A stretch of DNA of 64,000 bases from Camelus ferus (Eukaryota): NCBI RefSeq assembly GCF_009834535.1, contig NC_045696.1, positions 67,148,001 to 67,212,000 of the forward strand. Direction: 5' to 3'. Under the pieces are notes generated by a model, which did not search any database, had not been told where the DNA came from, and saw nothing but the letters and a program-made list of their open reading frames with translations. The stretch's first letter is position 1. Every line of letters begins with the position of its first letter. A program made the position numbers and the translations under genes. Below, one piece after another: positions 37,923 to 51,331 of the stretch.

Positions 37923-38995
37923 TGTGGTCGGCTACCACTCAGATGGCCTCCAACAATGGCTACTTTCTTTCTTTTTTCCTTCTGGCTTTTTCTTGTAGAC
38001 AATATTTTTTTAATTATATATATTTTTATTGAAGTATAGTCAGTTTAAAATGTTGTGTCAATTTCTGGTGTACAGTACAATAAACAGTTCAGTCATATAG
38101 GAACATACGTGTATTTGTTTTCATAATCTCTTTCACCATAAGTTACTACAAGATATTGAATATAGTTCCCTGTGCTATACAGTATAAACTTGTTGTTTAT
38201 CTATTTTTTATATATCAGTTAGTATCTGCAAATCTTGAACTTCCAATTTATCCCTTCCTACCCCCTTCTCCTCCTGGTAACTGTAAGTTTGTTTTCTATG
38301 TCTGTGAGTCTGTTTCTGTTTTGTAAATAAGTTTGTTTGTCCTTTTTTTTTTTTTAGATTCCACATATGAGTGATATCATATGGTATTTTTCTTTCTCTT
38401 TCTGGTTTACTTCACTTAGAATGACATTCTCTAGGTTCATCCATGTAGCGGCAAATGGCATTATTTTATTTTTTATGGCTGAGTAGTATTCCATTGTATA
38501 AATATACCATAACTTCTTTATCCAGTCATCTGCTGATGGACATTTAAATACTCATGTCCTTCTGTGACAGCCTCGAGTGTGAGCTGGTTTTAGAGAGTTG
38601 CCGCCAGTGAATAGACATGGAAGAGGTAATGAGCTGTCCCTTCCAAGATTAGGTTACTTAAAGATTGTGGCTTCTATCTTGCTCAGCCTCTCTTGTTTTC
38701 TCTCACTCTCTCCCTTATTCCCTGAGAGGGAAGCCAGCAGCCATGTTGTAAGTACCTTAGAAAAGACTCACGTGGCAGGAACTGGTATCTCTGGCCATCC
38801 TCCAGCAAGGAATTGAGCTTGCTGACAACTACATGAGGGAGACTTGAGATGCTGTGGCCCCAGTGACTTGACCCAGAGGACCCAGCTAAGCCACACCCAT
38901 ATTCCTAACCCAGAAACAGAGAAACAACAAGTGATCTTTATTTTATGCTACCAAGTTTTGAAATAAGTTTGTTGCATAGCAATCAATAATTCACA
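37923..38995 (+). mobile_element. MaLR solo LTR (MLT1F/G-like), split by an L1
   Basis: Starts tgtggtcggctaccactcagatggcctccaa; resumes at ~38549 with cttccaagattaggttac...gaagccagcagccatgttgtaag...gacccagctaagccacaccc...tttgttgcatagcaatcaataattcaca. Confidence 0.8.
37965..38548 (-). mobile_element. L1 fragment (ORF2 end plus 3' UTR) nested in MLT1
   Basis: tttattgaagtatagtcagttt...agttccctgtgctatacag...ttcacttagaatgacattctctaggttcatccatgt...ggctgagtagtattccattg...gatggacattta. Confidence 0.93.
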
Positions 38996-41279
38996 TGCCC
39001 CATGTACCTCTTCTGCAAAGCACATTCACTGCTGTAATTTTGTATTTACTGGTATGACGATTTGACTGCCCCTTCACTGTGAGCTCCACAAGGGCAGAAA
39101 CTCCCCCTTTAGCACAACAGCATCCCAGTGCCCAGCCCGGCACTTGGTAATGGCAAATGCTCAATAAATGTCAGTTGTGTGAATAGTTTATCCCAACCAT
39201 CAACTTTTCCCATAGCCAAGCAGGCACCTCAAATAATAAACATGAAGAGCATCTTCCACTCATGGGCTCATGGTCCCTTCCTCCTTGCCCCCTCCCATAC
39301 CAGGAACACCCAGTTGGGTCATCCTATGTGAAAGGTTCTACTGCAGCCAAGTCTCCTCACACCTGTGCCCTTCTTCTCTCATCTACTGGTCCAGCTCAGG
39401 TCATTAGAATTTCCCAACTCTACCCTGGAAGAATCTGAGAATCTCTCCCTTAGCCATCCATTTTTTCTAGTTGTTTCTTCCAAATCATCTCTTACATTGT
39501 CACCATCCTTCCTGAAGCAAAATGCCAAATGTTTGAGAAGCCTCCTCCCAAATCTTCAACATCTCAGATCTTAAGATGACTAAAGCCCAAACAGCTCATA
39601 TTATTATCCAAAACCACTCAAAAACTTTCACCATATCTTCTCAGCAGCTGCAACTGAGCCCCAGGGGAGACCTGGCATGATCACACAAGTCAGGCATTTA
39701 TCTGCTTATGCCCGCACTGCCCTACTCTTCACTCTTTCTCTGCCCCAATGCTGCCCATCCTATAAACGTCTGCTCAGATTCCACAGCCCTGGAAGACCTT
39801 CCCATATCTCCCAGGAGAAATTCTCTCTCCTCTTCCTGTGCCCACAGCATGGCTGGCTCTCCACCAGAGGACTAATCAAAGCCTGGTTAAAGTGTCAGTG
39901 TGTGTGTGTGTCTGCCTTCCCCTGAGACCGTAAACATCCTGGGGACAGAGTCCTTGTCTTGTCACTTTGTCATCATCATGCCTGCCACGTGACCAGAGCT
40001 CAGGAGAGACAGTGAATGTAATCGAATTACTACTTGGAAAGAACATACATTTAGGGAGCTGCTTTTTATTTTCAAAATGCTGCTGGGAGAACAGACTATT
40101 AAATCAGTGGCTTTTTTTTTTTTTTTTTTTGAAAGCAAAGAGACCACAAACCACCTTTGAAGCCAAGAAAAAGATGTGATTGGAGGGCAATGAATCGCTA
40201 CCTTTAAACCTCCACTGAGTTTGGAAAAACAACAAAATGTCAGCTTCCACCAGATCATTTCTTTTTTAATTAAAAGTTAGTGGGATTCTTTTGGAGCACT
40301 CAATTTTCTGGTCAAGTCAACAAAAGGTAACCAATGCCATCCACACCCCCTCCGCAGTCCTCCCACCCCCACTCCTGGAGTTAGGCAACCCTTGGGGGCG
40401 GCAAACACTTCAGTTGTTTGCTCTGTGCTCATAATTAGATTGTCTAGACAGGAGATGTTGCTGGAGCAATAGGGAAGTATTTTACAAGGTGTTCCGCAGA
40501 TCCACACTTATAACAGTGATTAGAACACACTGACAGACGCCAAGCCAGCAGAATCCGCCCGGGCCACGGGCTGGTTTCACCCAGAGCCGATCAGAGGCCC
40601 TTTGAAGATCTTGTCTGAGAAAGGAAAGCCAAATTAGAACTCTGGGGGCATGGAGCAGCTCGCTGGCCTTTGGAGCCAAGGGAGCAAGGCTGAGGTGATG
40701 ATGGAGTAATGTCTGGGATGCCCTCCTCCCGCCTTCCTCGTGCAGCTCCTAGCTACCGCTGTCACCAGCATCTCCACAGACAGGAAGATGGGGGACCACC
40801 TCCAGTGGTTTCCAAGCCTCGCTCCTGCAGCGTCACCTAGCCCTCATTTTTTGCAGAATACCAATTTTAAACAGTGTGGAGAGATAAATATGCAATGCCT
40901 ACTCTTGCAGGAAGACATCTGTTAGCCTGACCTTCCCGATCAGCTTTTGTTGGCATCTCATTGTGACAGCAACATTATTTTCCAGCAGAAAGCCTCTCTG
41001 AGACATTTTTTGCAGGAGTAATTGATTAGGTAAAATCACTCAGCCCTCTAAGATGAATGATTTGGGGGAAAATTGCTACAATAGAGTATCACAAAAGCAC
41101 GGATTTCAAAACAAACAAACAAAACCAAAAAAAGCAAAAAAATATTTTAGAGATTTTTATAAAGGAGGAAACTGAAATTTAGCAAGGGGAGGAGGCTTTC
41201 TCGATCAAGAAAGTGGATCAGGACCCAGGTCCCTGAATCCTAAACCAGTGTCCTTCCCCCAAACCTCTCACAGAAGCTT

Positions 41280-41515
41280 GCATTCTTCAAGTGCTTTCTA
41301 TCTACTGGATATTTTTTCTAAGCATTTTGTATGTATTATCTCATTTAATCCTCAACACAGACTGAGGTAGTAGTACCCTCTCCAGTTTACAAATGAGGAG
41401 ACCTAGGTATGGATTGTTGTGTGACTTGCTCTATGTCACTCAGATGCAGATCTAGGATTGGCTCTCAGGCAGCTTGACTTCAGAACCTGCTCTCTAAGCT
41501 CTAGACTAGCTACAC
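41280..41515 (-). mobile_element. MIR SINE
   Basis: tattatctcatttaatcctcaacac...ccagtttacaaatgaggagacctagg...tgacttgctctatgtcac. Confidence 0.85.
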
Positions 41516-43499
41516 TCTGCCTCCTCATTACAGACTTCAGATGGGAACAGAGGTCATGAAATGGGTCCCACTTACCTTCAACAATTACATTTGAAGACCA
41601 GTAAAAAAATAGGTACAAGACAAAGGAAGAGTTGAAATCCGAGGATCTCACGGTTCAGACCTCACCATCATCTATTTACATGGTTGTATACAAGATCCTC
41701 GATCACTCGGAGTCAGTTTCCTTACCATTATCTCTTGTGGGCATATTTTAAAAAAACAGAAGAGTTAGCAAGCAAATACGGATTTTTAGAACTCTGTAAG
41801 TAGCAATTATTTTAGCACTTTACAATTTACAAAAGACTTTTACATCCATCATTTAAATTATAATGACTTACGCGTTAGGCTTGACAGGGATTTTTATTCT
41901 TGACATTTTATAGATGGGGAATTGAGAGCCCAGGAATTAAAGTGAATTGTCCAAATTCAAACAGTGAGAAAATTGGTGTGGTTAAGATTAGTCATAGCTT
42001 TAACCTCACGGTTAATCTTGTAGAAACTGAGTTTTCCTCTTCCTCCTCCATTTTTCTGGGAGGTTACAGACACAACAGGATTATGAAAATTCAATTTTAA
42101 TTAAAATCTGGGAATGAATCCAATTATGATACAAATAAGATTTAGTGTTCTCATCTTAGATAAGGAACAGTAGCAAAAGCTACATACTAGCAACTAGTTA
42201 AGCAAGTTACCCTGTAGGATAAACCAGGCCTTTTCCCATTTCCTGGTTTGTGTCTGGTGAATGTTCTAATTCAAAGAGACTATTCCTTCAGCTCACAAAT
42301 AAATGACCCATAGCCTGTAATTATCTCTTGCCACCACTCTCTCCCTTCACATTAAGCCAAAGGCAAAACCGTGAATAAAACAAAACAACGCTGTTTTGTC
42401 AGCAAAGTACCTGGGATACGCCGGTGCATATGCTGCTAAGTTCCAACAGTCCTCTCTGAGGCTTCTTAAGAGAAGCAGAAGCTGCATTAAAAGGTTATCT
42501 TCACCCAGAGGGACAGACAGAGGATGAAAAAACAGAGGCAAGATCATAAAAAAGAGGGGAGGGAAGGGAAAAGAAGGGAGAAGGAGGGGAGGAGAGAGAG
42601 AAATAAAGGAGACAAAATAGTATTTATTAAAGAAAAGAACACTGGACAGGAAGTTGGAAGAACTGATTTTGAAACCTAACTCTAATACTAAATACTAATG
42701 GTGCCTGAATCCCTGAACCCCTCTTGGTCTCACTTCTCTCATCTCTAAAATGTCGTCAGTCAGCGCTAGTCATTCTTGGTGTTGAAGGTCAAGTCGCATT
42801 GAGAGGCAGAAGCTCTTGATGAACAGTGTCAGCATCACCACCCACAGCCGGCAGGTGCTAATGTTGTCACTGCGTTTTCTTTTAACAAGGGAATTTATTC
42901 ACTCTGTTCAGGCTTTCCTCTGGAGTCAGTTTATAAATGTTTAGCAGCTGGTTTTCCCTTGCCTCTTCCTCCTTTGTCTGCCTGCTGCTGCCTGGCCTCT
43001 GACTTGCAATAGTGACTTAATACCCAACCAAGAAGGGCCAACTGACTTGGAAATAAAGATAGCGATCAAATTAATCTACTTAGTTCCATGTGAACAAAGG
43101 CTTTTATCTGGGAGAAAATCAGAACTTGTTGACATCTGATACGTATGAGGCATATTACAAAGTGTCCCCAAGCTATCTCGTTGGAGCCCTCCAACAAGCC
43201 TGTTAATGAAGAAGAGTGACAGTACGAATGACCTTTGAGAGGTAAGGGAACAAAGTTCACAGCTGTAAAACTGGGACTGAAATCCAGGACTCTACCCCAA
43301 GTCCAGAGCTCTACTAGGGAAGCTTGCTAAAAAAAACGAAGCAGAACTTTAAAAACCACCCCTTCGTCACACTATTTTCCTACCCTCAGGGGCCCAGAGA
43401 AAACCCTTTAATTTCTAACAGCATGTCAGCCACTGGCACAGGCTCCCTTACTCTAACCCCAGAATGAAAATCTGAATCAAGCAGAACAAGTTAATTAGG

Positions 43500-44890
43500 A
43501 GGGCGGGAATTACATCAAGTCTGTGGTGATAATTGGATGCCTCATGATAAATAAAATAAAATATGTTATAAAAAATGAAATTTGTCCAATAAAGCTAATG
43601 AAAGAAGGGAGGTGAAGGATGAGAGAATGTGAGGATAATATGATTATGCAAATTCCTTATGTTTCACAATGGAGATTTAATATATATTATTGATGATGGC
43701 ATATCAAGGGGAAGCATATTATGTAAATAACTGATCACTGATGTAACTAATGATGATAATTATAAGCAACTTTAAAAAATGAATGATAGAGAAGTATAAA
43801 AAGAAGATGAAAAAATGGGTTGTAAATGAGTGTATGTTAGGAAGTCAAAAGACAATATTCAAAAAAGATAGTATTAAAAATACTATGTTAAGTTACATTT
43901 ATAGTCACTAGTAGAAAAAGACTATAAGTCTTATTAAATGAAAACTACACACAATGAAAAGTAATAAGATATATAGAAAATATGGTAATATATTTAGAAA
44001 AATACAGTAATACAGAAATCAAGATGGCAGAACAAAGATCGTAACTGTCGTATCAAAATGTGTAAATAGGTTCAACTTAACAATTAAAAGAAAAGACCCT
44101 CAGGTTGGATCACAAAGTAAAATTCAACTACATGCTGTATACAACAACACATCAAAAAATAAGCTACAGCAAAGGGAACACTTTCCAACTGGTTTTATGA
44201 GGCCAGCATAACCCAAACACCAAATTCTGGCCAAAACATTACAAAAGAATAAAAAAAGTAGACTAATATCCTCATAAACATAGACACAAAACTCCTTAAT
44301 AAAATATGAGCAAACTGAATTCAGCGATATATAGAAAGGACAATAATACATCATGACTAACTGTGTTTATCTTAAGACTTCAAGGTTGATTTGATACTCG
44401 AAAATCCTAATAAAAATAGCACTTATTTTTTTTAAATTAGGCAAGCTGATGGAAAAATAAATATGCATAAGTAAACATAAATTCTTAAAAAAAGAAAATA
44501 ATAGGCGGAGTAATACCAGATATTAAAATGTAATAAAATGTTACAATAATTAAAACCATTTTGTACTTTAATAAGCAGGTAAATGGAATAGATAATCCAA
44601 AAATAGACACAAATACACATGGTAAAATATATATGATAAAGGGGAGATACTGGAGTACCAAACAAACGATGCTGAGAAATCTAGCCTGCCATCTGGATAA
44701 AAAATAAAAAATAAAGACATTTTTATTCTTATAAATTTACAGACTGTTTCTCAAAAAAAAAAGCAAAACATGAAAGTGCTGACTATTACCTATGGAGATA
44801 ATTGTGGAGAACTGAGAGTCTGGGGTAGGAGGGAGATTTTCTGATAGTAAATAATTTTTGCGAAGTTGAAAAATAAATGTACAATGTGCA
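43500..44890 (+). mobile_element. Ancient, internally deleted L1 (L1M/L1ME-type) mosaic
   Basis: Degenerate endonuclease start (aatgtgtaaataggttcaacttaacaattaaaag...tgctgtatacaa), RT segment (ttttatgaggccagcataacc...ctcataaacatagacacaaaactccttaataaaat), later ORF2 (aatccaaaaatagacacaaatacacatgg) and a 3' UTR-like end. Confidence 0.8.
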
Positions 44891-45883
44891 TGTATTATTG
44901 AGAAATCCACCAGTTCAAGGAGTTAAAGAACAGTATCAATCATTTCCAGTATCCATGAAAAGAGCAAATAAAAAATAGTTCTTTGATGTGATATGCTTTA
45001 TGTAAGGAAAACCAATCATTTAATCCACCTATGCTTGTTTCAGTATTTTAGAAAAATTTTTCAGTTCTTACTGCATACCAGGCCCAATGCCAGGTGCTTA
45101 AATAACATTAACAATGACAACAAAGGTACCTGCCCTCCAAGAGCTCACAGTTCCATGGGAAGAGTTCACATTTGGAGGTTGAGAAGACTGCTGTCCTTCT
45201 GGCTTAGATTTAAAATGTTGAAGTATGTCAAGTCCTTCTGAGACCATAACAAGCACTTACTCAGTTCAGCAAGCCTCCTCTACAGACCTCACCAGGTCTC
45301 GTGGGAACTGTCAACACCTCTGAGAGACTTGATTTGCCCCCCACTAAGCTTCTAGGTGAGATCACAAAGGGGCTTCTTTTAAGAAGCGCTATTAGCCATC
45401 TTGGGTTCTGCCCATTAAGATTTACAGGCTAATTTCCATTCTCAAAGGCATTACACTTTTCCCCACCTCCTCTCCTTTGGTTGTGTTCTTCCTTCTGTTT
45501 GGAATATTCTTCAACTTTTATTCTTCTTTGGCTAACTCGTGCCCAGTGTCAAATATTAACTCAAGTGCTTCTCTGGGAAAGCTGCTCTGCTCTCTGCCAC
45601 ACAGATTAGGTTGAGAACATTTCCTCCATGCCCCCACAGCTCGTTCCACTTTACATGTAACCATTCACTTGTCAGGTTCTCATATTAAAGTGCAAATGTA
45701 CTTAAAATTGTATCCCTGGTGTCTGACATACAGTTAAAAACTCAAGGATTGTTTAAAGAATTCAACTACATATTCACTGTTCTCCCCTGGGTTCTCCCAG
45801 CTTACAGTACTGAACTGAACTACGTGATTGTTTTTCCCACAAGCCCCACACCTACGACACCACTTTCTCAAGTCTGAGACATC

Positions 45884-46105
<222 letters not shown>

Positions 46106-47455
46106 AATCTTTCCAAGTTAAAGATAATGGCATTCACTGAAACATCTCTGCTAACATGAGAAATGAAGAGGTTAGACCGTCTTGGAAGAAAGAGGAGCTG
46201 AAGAATGCCATTTCTTCTCTCACTCTGGTCCCATGACCAAGGGAGAAGGAAGGTGGAGGATAACAGGGAAATGTTTTATGGACACAGAGCTCAGAGATGA
46301 TTACCATTAATGCGATCCAGTGGGGATGAGCAAGATTGTATCATGTTGGCAGTCAACTGACTCATGCTCCTCCACATCTTCCCAGCTCTCTAGAAAATCT
46401 TCATAGAGTGCATCTTCCTCAAAGACACCAAAAATATCTCTTTGTTCTAACTCAGTCTGGACAACTCACTAAGCACTAGTTTATGCCAATCTCCAAAGTT
46501 TGCGTTGCTAACCAAAGACAAAATGGAGAATTGAATACAGGTCCACTGACTGCCACCCAAGCCATCACTATTTCAAACTCACTGTATCATTTCTTGTGGT
46601 AGAAATATAGTGTAACTAGTGAAGTAGGATTCTTGTGAGCCAAAGACAAAGCAGACAATAGATGAGTGTTTCCTGAATTGATTTGCTTCAGATTTGACAG
46701 CCTTTCAGAGTATGCATGGAAAATTATGAGAGTTAAGAATCTCTCCGACAGTGAGGACAGAAAGATGTCAAAGCAATGGTTTCTGGTGAAAAGAAAGTCG
46801 GCAGGGTCTGCAGTTCCTCTCAGCCACAGCACTTCTGCTGTCTGTCTGCTGCAGCCTTCAGTATATAGCACTGCGTGACTTTTACTATAATTGTTTCAGT
46901 ACATGTTTCGTCTTCCCTAAGAGTCTGGAAAGGATGATTTGTGACCGATTCATATCTGAATCCCCACTACACAGCATCAGTCTAATGTAAAGATAGTCTG
47001 AGCACCCTGCTCCCATCCATTCTCACAGTAACCACGGTGCTATTCCTAAAATACAAAAGGAATGATACCACTCCCCTGTTTACTGTATTACGTAGCATCT
47101 TTCTGATTTCAGGATCAAATCCAAGTTACGTGACATGGACTACAGGTCGCTGTGTGGTCTGGCCTCTGCCCAGCATCATCTCAAAGTACACTGAGAAAAC
47201 TCATTGTCCAAGTCATGGTTCAAGTACCTCATTCAAAGAAGTTATCTTAAACCCCTATATTAACTCATCCCTCTGTTACACTCTCTCAAAGCATGCTGAT
47301 CCTTTTTCCTTTTCCAAACCTATTATGGTTTGTAAGAAGGAATGATATGTATAAAGTTCAGCAGTGGGTACCACATAAACACTGACAAATCAGAATGAAC
47401 ACCCAGTTTACAGGGTGGGGCATTGCCAGTGAGTGTGGTCTGAGTATCACCCCTA

Positions 47456-47520
47456 TGTGTCAGAGTGTGAGTGTGTGTGAGTGTGTGTGTGTGTGTGTGA
47501 GTGTGTGTGTGTGTGTGTGT
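47456..47520 (+). repeat. Interrupted (TG)n microsatellite inside an L2 remnant (~47000-47610)
   Basis: gtgtgagtgtgtgtgagtgtgtgtgtgtgtgtgtgagtgtg... Confidence 0.9.
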
Positions 47521-48859
47521 CTGTTCTAGGAGGACTGTCTGTGAGGCTCTGTACTCAGTTCCTGTCAAATAGCCTGCACTAAATAAGTATCTTTCGAGTG
47601 AATAAATGAGTGTCAATCATAACCATTTTGGAGGCCTTTGGGCTGGGTGAGTGTAGGGGGTGAAAACTGCCAGCTCTACCAGTTACTAACTCTGTAAGAC
47701 TGGACATTGAGCCTGTCTGTAGCTCACATCCCTTATCTGTGAAATGGAGACGGTACTAATAACCATCTCACAAGTTTGGGGAGAGAATTAAGGCATATGA
47801 TTCTCAACCAATGCTTTGTAAATTAGCAGTTATTATCATTGGCAGGGACATAAGTGACTAGGTGACCTTGGGTAACCCCAATATATGCCATTCTTCAATG
47901 TAGTCAAGAGACAGACAGGCAAGACAGAGTTAGGAGTTAAATCAATGGGAGGAGGAACAGGAGGAGACATGAAGGAAGAAAAAAGGGAGATGAAGGAGGA
48001 AGAAGTAGGGAGAAACACAAGAAGGAAGAAAAGAAAGATGAGACCATGCATGGAGACCTTGTTATATGACACATGCCAGCTATCAGGTATGCACAAGTAT
48101 TAGCTCTACATGTCCCCACCACCCTTTGAGGAAGGTCATGTCTAAAATCAATCAGCTAAAATCTGGTAGTAGAGTTAGTGGTGTAGCTACCGAGAGATCT
48201 TGTTTAAACCTTGGTTCTGTGGTTTCCATCCACTCCGACAACGCTGCAATTCTCAACTCCCACTCCGCAGAGAGAAGGAGAGAAATCTTGATCATCTGTT
48301 TAACACTCTCAGTCTTAGTCAGAAAGAGACAGGGATTCAGAAACGTCTTATCAGATATCTACATACATTTCTCTAAATAGATTGTATCTACTTAGCAGCA
48401 AGTTATAAGCTGCTGCCTAATAAACCAGACTTGTTTTTAGTCTAAAAAATCCTCTGATTTTGGTTGAATGGTTTTACTGAAAATGTCAGCACTCCATAAT
48501 GAGATTTATTTTAAAAGGTAAAGGATGGATTCGGAGGGGAGGGAAAAAAAAAGAGAATTCTTTTTAGGAACACAGAGTGCTCTGCTGTGACACAGACTGC
48601 ATAATTTACATGTCGGGAAAAGTCTGAATCCAAGTAAACACACAGGCTTATAAATAGTTTGGGGCCACCATCTCTAGCTCCTGGGTGGTATATTTATTTA
48701 TTTAGACTTCAATCACACCTTTTTTCCCCCAAAGAACTCTTGGAGAAAACACTGAATTTTATATCCCTAATATTAATATGTTTGGTTGGTGATAATATCC
48801 AGAACAAACATAGGCATAGGAATAACAAGAATATACTCTTTGTGCCATTCACGGAGGCT

Positions 48860-49040
48860 TACAAAGCCCTTGAATATCAATGCTCTCGTTTAATTCTCCC
48901 AACAATCCTTTGGACTTACCCTCATTTTAAAGACAAGAAACTAAGGTCCAGAGACCCCTAAAGTGACTTGCCTGATGTCTTACACCTAGCAAGAAGTAGT
49001 TCAAAGGCCTGAAACAGGTATGGAGACCCCAAATCCAGGG
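48860..49040 (-). mobile_element. MIR SINE
   Basis: ctcgtttaattctcccaacaatcct...ctcattttaaagacaagaaactaaggtccagaga...aagtgacttgcctgatgtc. Confidence 0.8.
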
Positions 49041-49239
49041 ATAGTGTTGGCTTTACCCCTGGTACCACTCACCCCCCAGATAGAGGATCCTTCAGTGTCG
49101 TATGTGAAGGTAGTAAAAGCCACCTCTGGAAGGAGCTGATGCGATGATCTCTGCCACTCCTGAAATTATTCTCTCTGGGAAACCTCTCCCTCCAAACAAT
49201 ATCCTTGACTGGCCCCTTTAAACTTTGACCACTTCCAGT

Positions 49240-50110
49240 GCTCCATATCGTAGGGGAAAAACCCACATTCCATCGAGTGATGCAAGCTAGAGACTCGGGT
49301 GTCCTTCTGGACCCATCCCATTTCCTCACTTCATATGCCAAGTCCTAAACATTTCACTCCCTAAACATCTCTCAAAACCATCCACTTCTCTCCAGACTTT
49401 CAGTATCCTAATCCAGTCTTCCCATATCTCCTGCCTGGACTATTGCAATGACTTTCTCAGTGGGCTAGGGCTACTAGTCCCTTGGACTTGATTTATGGAC
49501 ATATTCTTAGCTCCCCTCCAGTCTCGCCACGATACTGCAATGAGGTAGACCTTTTCAAAGCAATCTGGCCTTTACCGCCTGACTCTGGCTTCAAAAAGTT
49601 CAACGGTTCTTCTATAGCTCTTATGAGACAACAAAAATTTTTCACCTGGTCAAAGAGGCTCTGCAGGGTCAGATCTCCCCTATTTCTTCAGCTTCACTTC
49701 CAGCCAAGCCTCTACATGCCACTCTCCTCGACCTTCTTTCAGCTTCTCACACTCACCACGCCCACTCGTACAGAAGGGACTTTGCACATGTGGTTCCCTC
49801 TGCTGAGTATGTTCTTCCTAATCTTCTTTACCTACTTACCTCCTGTAGTGCTCAGCTCAATTACTCCGTACTCTCGCAAGCCTGCCCAGACCTCTGTGAC
49901 TACTTCTTTTCTTTCTAATGTACACTTTCATAGACCTGCACATTTTCAGTACTTATCCCAGATGCAGTTTTACAGTTATTTCTATGATTACCGAATTAAT
50001 GTCTGTCTCCTCTCCATCCTGTAAACCTCACAAAGACAGAAGCAGTTCTTAACATTGTGTCTCCAAGGTAATAGGTGTCCAAAATATATTTCTGAAAAGA
50101 ATTAGTGAAG
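49240..50110 (+). mobile_element. L2 LINE 3' portion
   Basis: atctcctgcctggactattgcaatg...gggactttgcacatgtggttccctctgctgagtatgttcttcc...aatgtctgtctcctc...aataggtgtccaaaatatatt. Confidence 0.8.
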
Positions 50111-51271
50111 AATTAACTATTCTCGTGCCATGCAAACTATATGTCTTGCCTCTTGCTGCTTGAAGAATGCTGTCCTCAGGTGTACATATTGAAACACTCC
50201 CCCCTCAAAGTAGCACATTTTCAAGAAATCATCAGTAACATCGGGAAACTGTTCATGCACTAAGAGTGAGAAAGAACAGGATACAAAATGTTACCTTCAG
50301 TATACTTCCAATTTTGTAACAACAGCAAAATACATAGATCAGAATGTTAACACTGATGATTTCTGAGTGGTAGGATTTCAAGTGACTTTCTTCTCATGCT
50401 TTTATTAGCTAGAGTTGATTTTTTTTTTATAATAAACATATCCTACTTTGATGGTAAAAGAGATATTTTTTTTAAATGAAAAGTTCACCCAACCTTCAAA
50501 TTCCCTGCTTAAACGCAAACTATTTACAGAGGTCCTTCCCTCGCCTCCCTCACCTGCAAGTGGAAGTCATCCTTCTTTTCTTTAAATACGCACAAGCCTC
50601 GGTCAGTGCCTCAGTTGTGGCCCTGGTCACAGACTCCTTTAAATTACGGTGCTTCCTATATTTGTATTCCCATTCCCCCCACATTTGATGGGAGACCTTC
50701 TGGTGTAGAGACAGTGCCTTAGTCCTCAGTGGGTCCCCTCACTGGGCTCAGCACAGACCAAAGAGGGAGCATGGTCTTAGCGACTGAGCAGAGCATGGAA
50801 TAAAGCGTAAGACTCACGAAACTCATCCCCTCAGTGATGAAAGCCGATCTCTCCTGGCAGAGGATTTGCCTCATCCCCCTCCCCGCCACCGCTGTTCCTC
50901 AGCACTGACATCATTTCCCGGCTTGATGGGGAAGGGGCCTAGACCTCACTGAAGTGGGAATCTAGTTGCTCCGGGAGACTTGCCTCCGTTTCCTGGGATT
51001 ACAACAATTTGGCCAGCAGAGGGCAACAGCGAACTAGCAATGACAGGCGGGACCGGACCCACGGGAGCAAGTTTCCAGGACCCCCGCCTAGTCACTCAAA
51101 TCGCCCCAGATGCCTTCCCAGTGGCCCCAGCACCACGCCTAACAATACTCTCAGTTGCTCTTTTAAGGTTGTGTCAAATCAATTTGTGGTTTGGAAATGA
51201 TTTTTCTTCCCAAAATATTTTTTCTAATGTTACTCCCTGGAACACGTACACATAAGCATGCGTGTTTGTGA

Positions 51272-51283
51272 GCGCGCGCGCGC

Positions 51284-51330
<47 letters not shown>
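51272..51330 (+). repeat. Compound (GC)6-(AC)22 microsatellite
   Basis: gcgcgcgcgcgcgg followed by acacac... up to 51330. Confidence 0.95.

Positions 51331-51331
<1 letters not shown>

Larger units (their letters stand above)
37700..39190 (+). mobile_element. L2 3' end split by an MLT1 LTR (pieces ~37700-37922 and ~38996-39190)
   Basis: Left piece: caactcctattcatctttcaaatcccagttt...aatgctccag. Right piece: catgtacc...actgtgagctccacaagggcag...cccagtgcccagcccggcacttgg...tgctcaataaatg. Confidence 0.75.

Noticed and set aside
39673..39692. p63-like site TGGCATGATC ACACAAGTCA
   Set aside because: Four mismatches to consensus and inside an L2-like remnant; expected by chance.
49482..50024. 180-aa ORF
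   Set aside because: Lies within an L2 3' remnant; non-ATG start; no coding signature.
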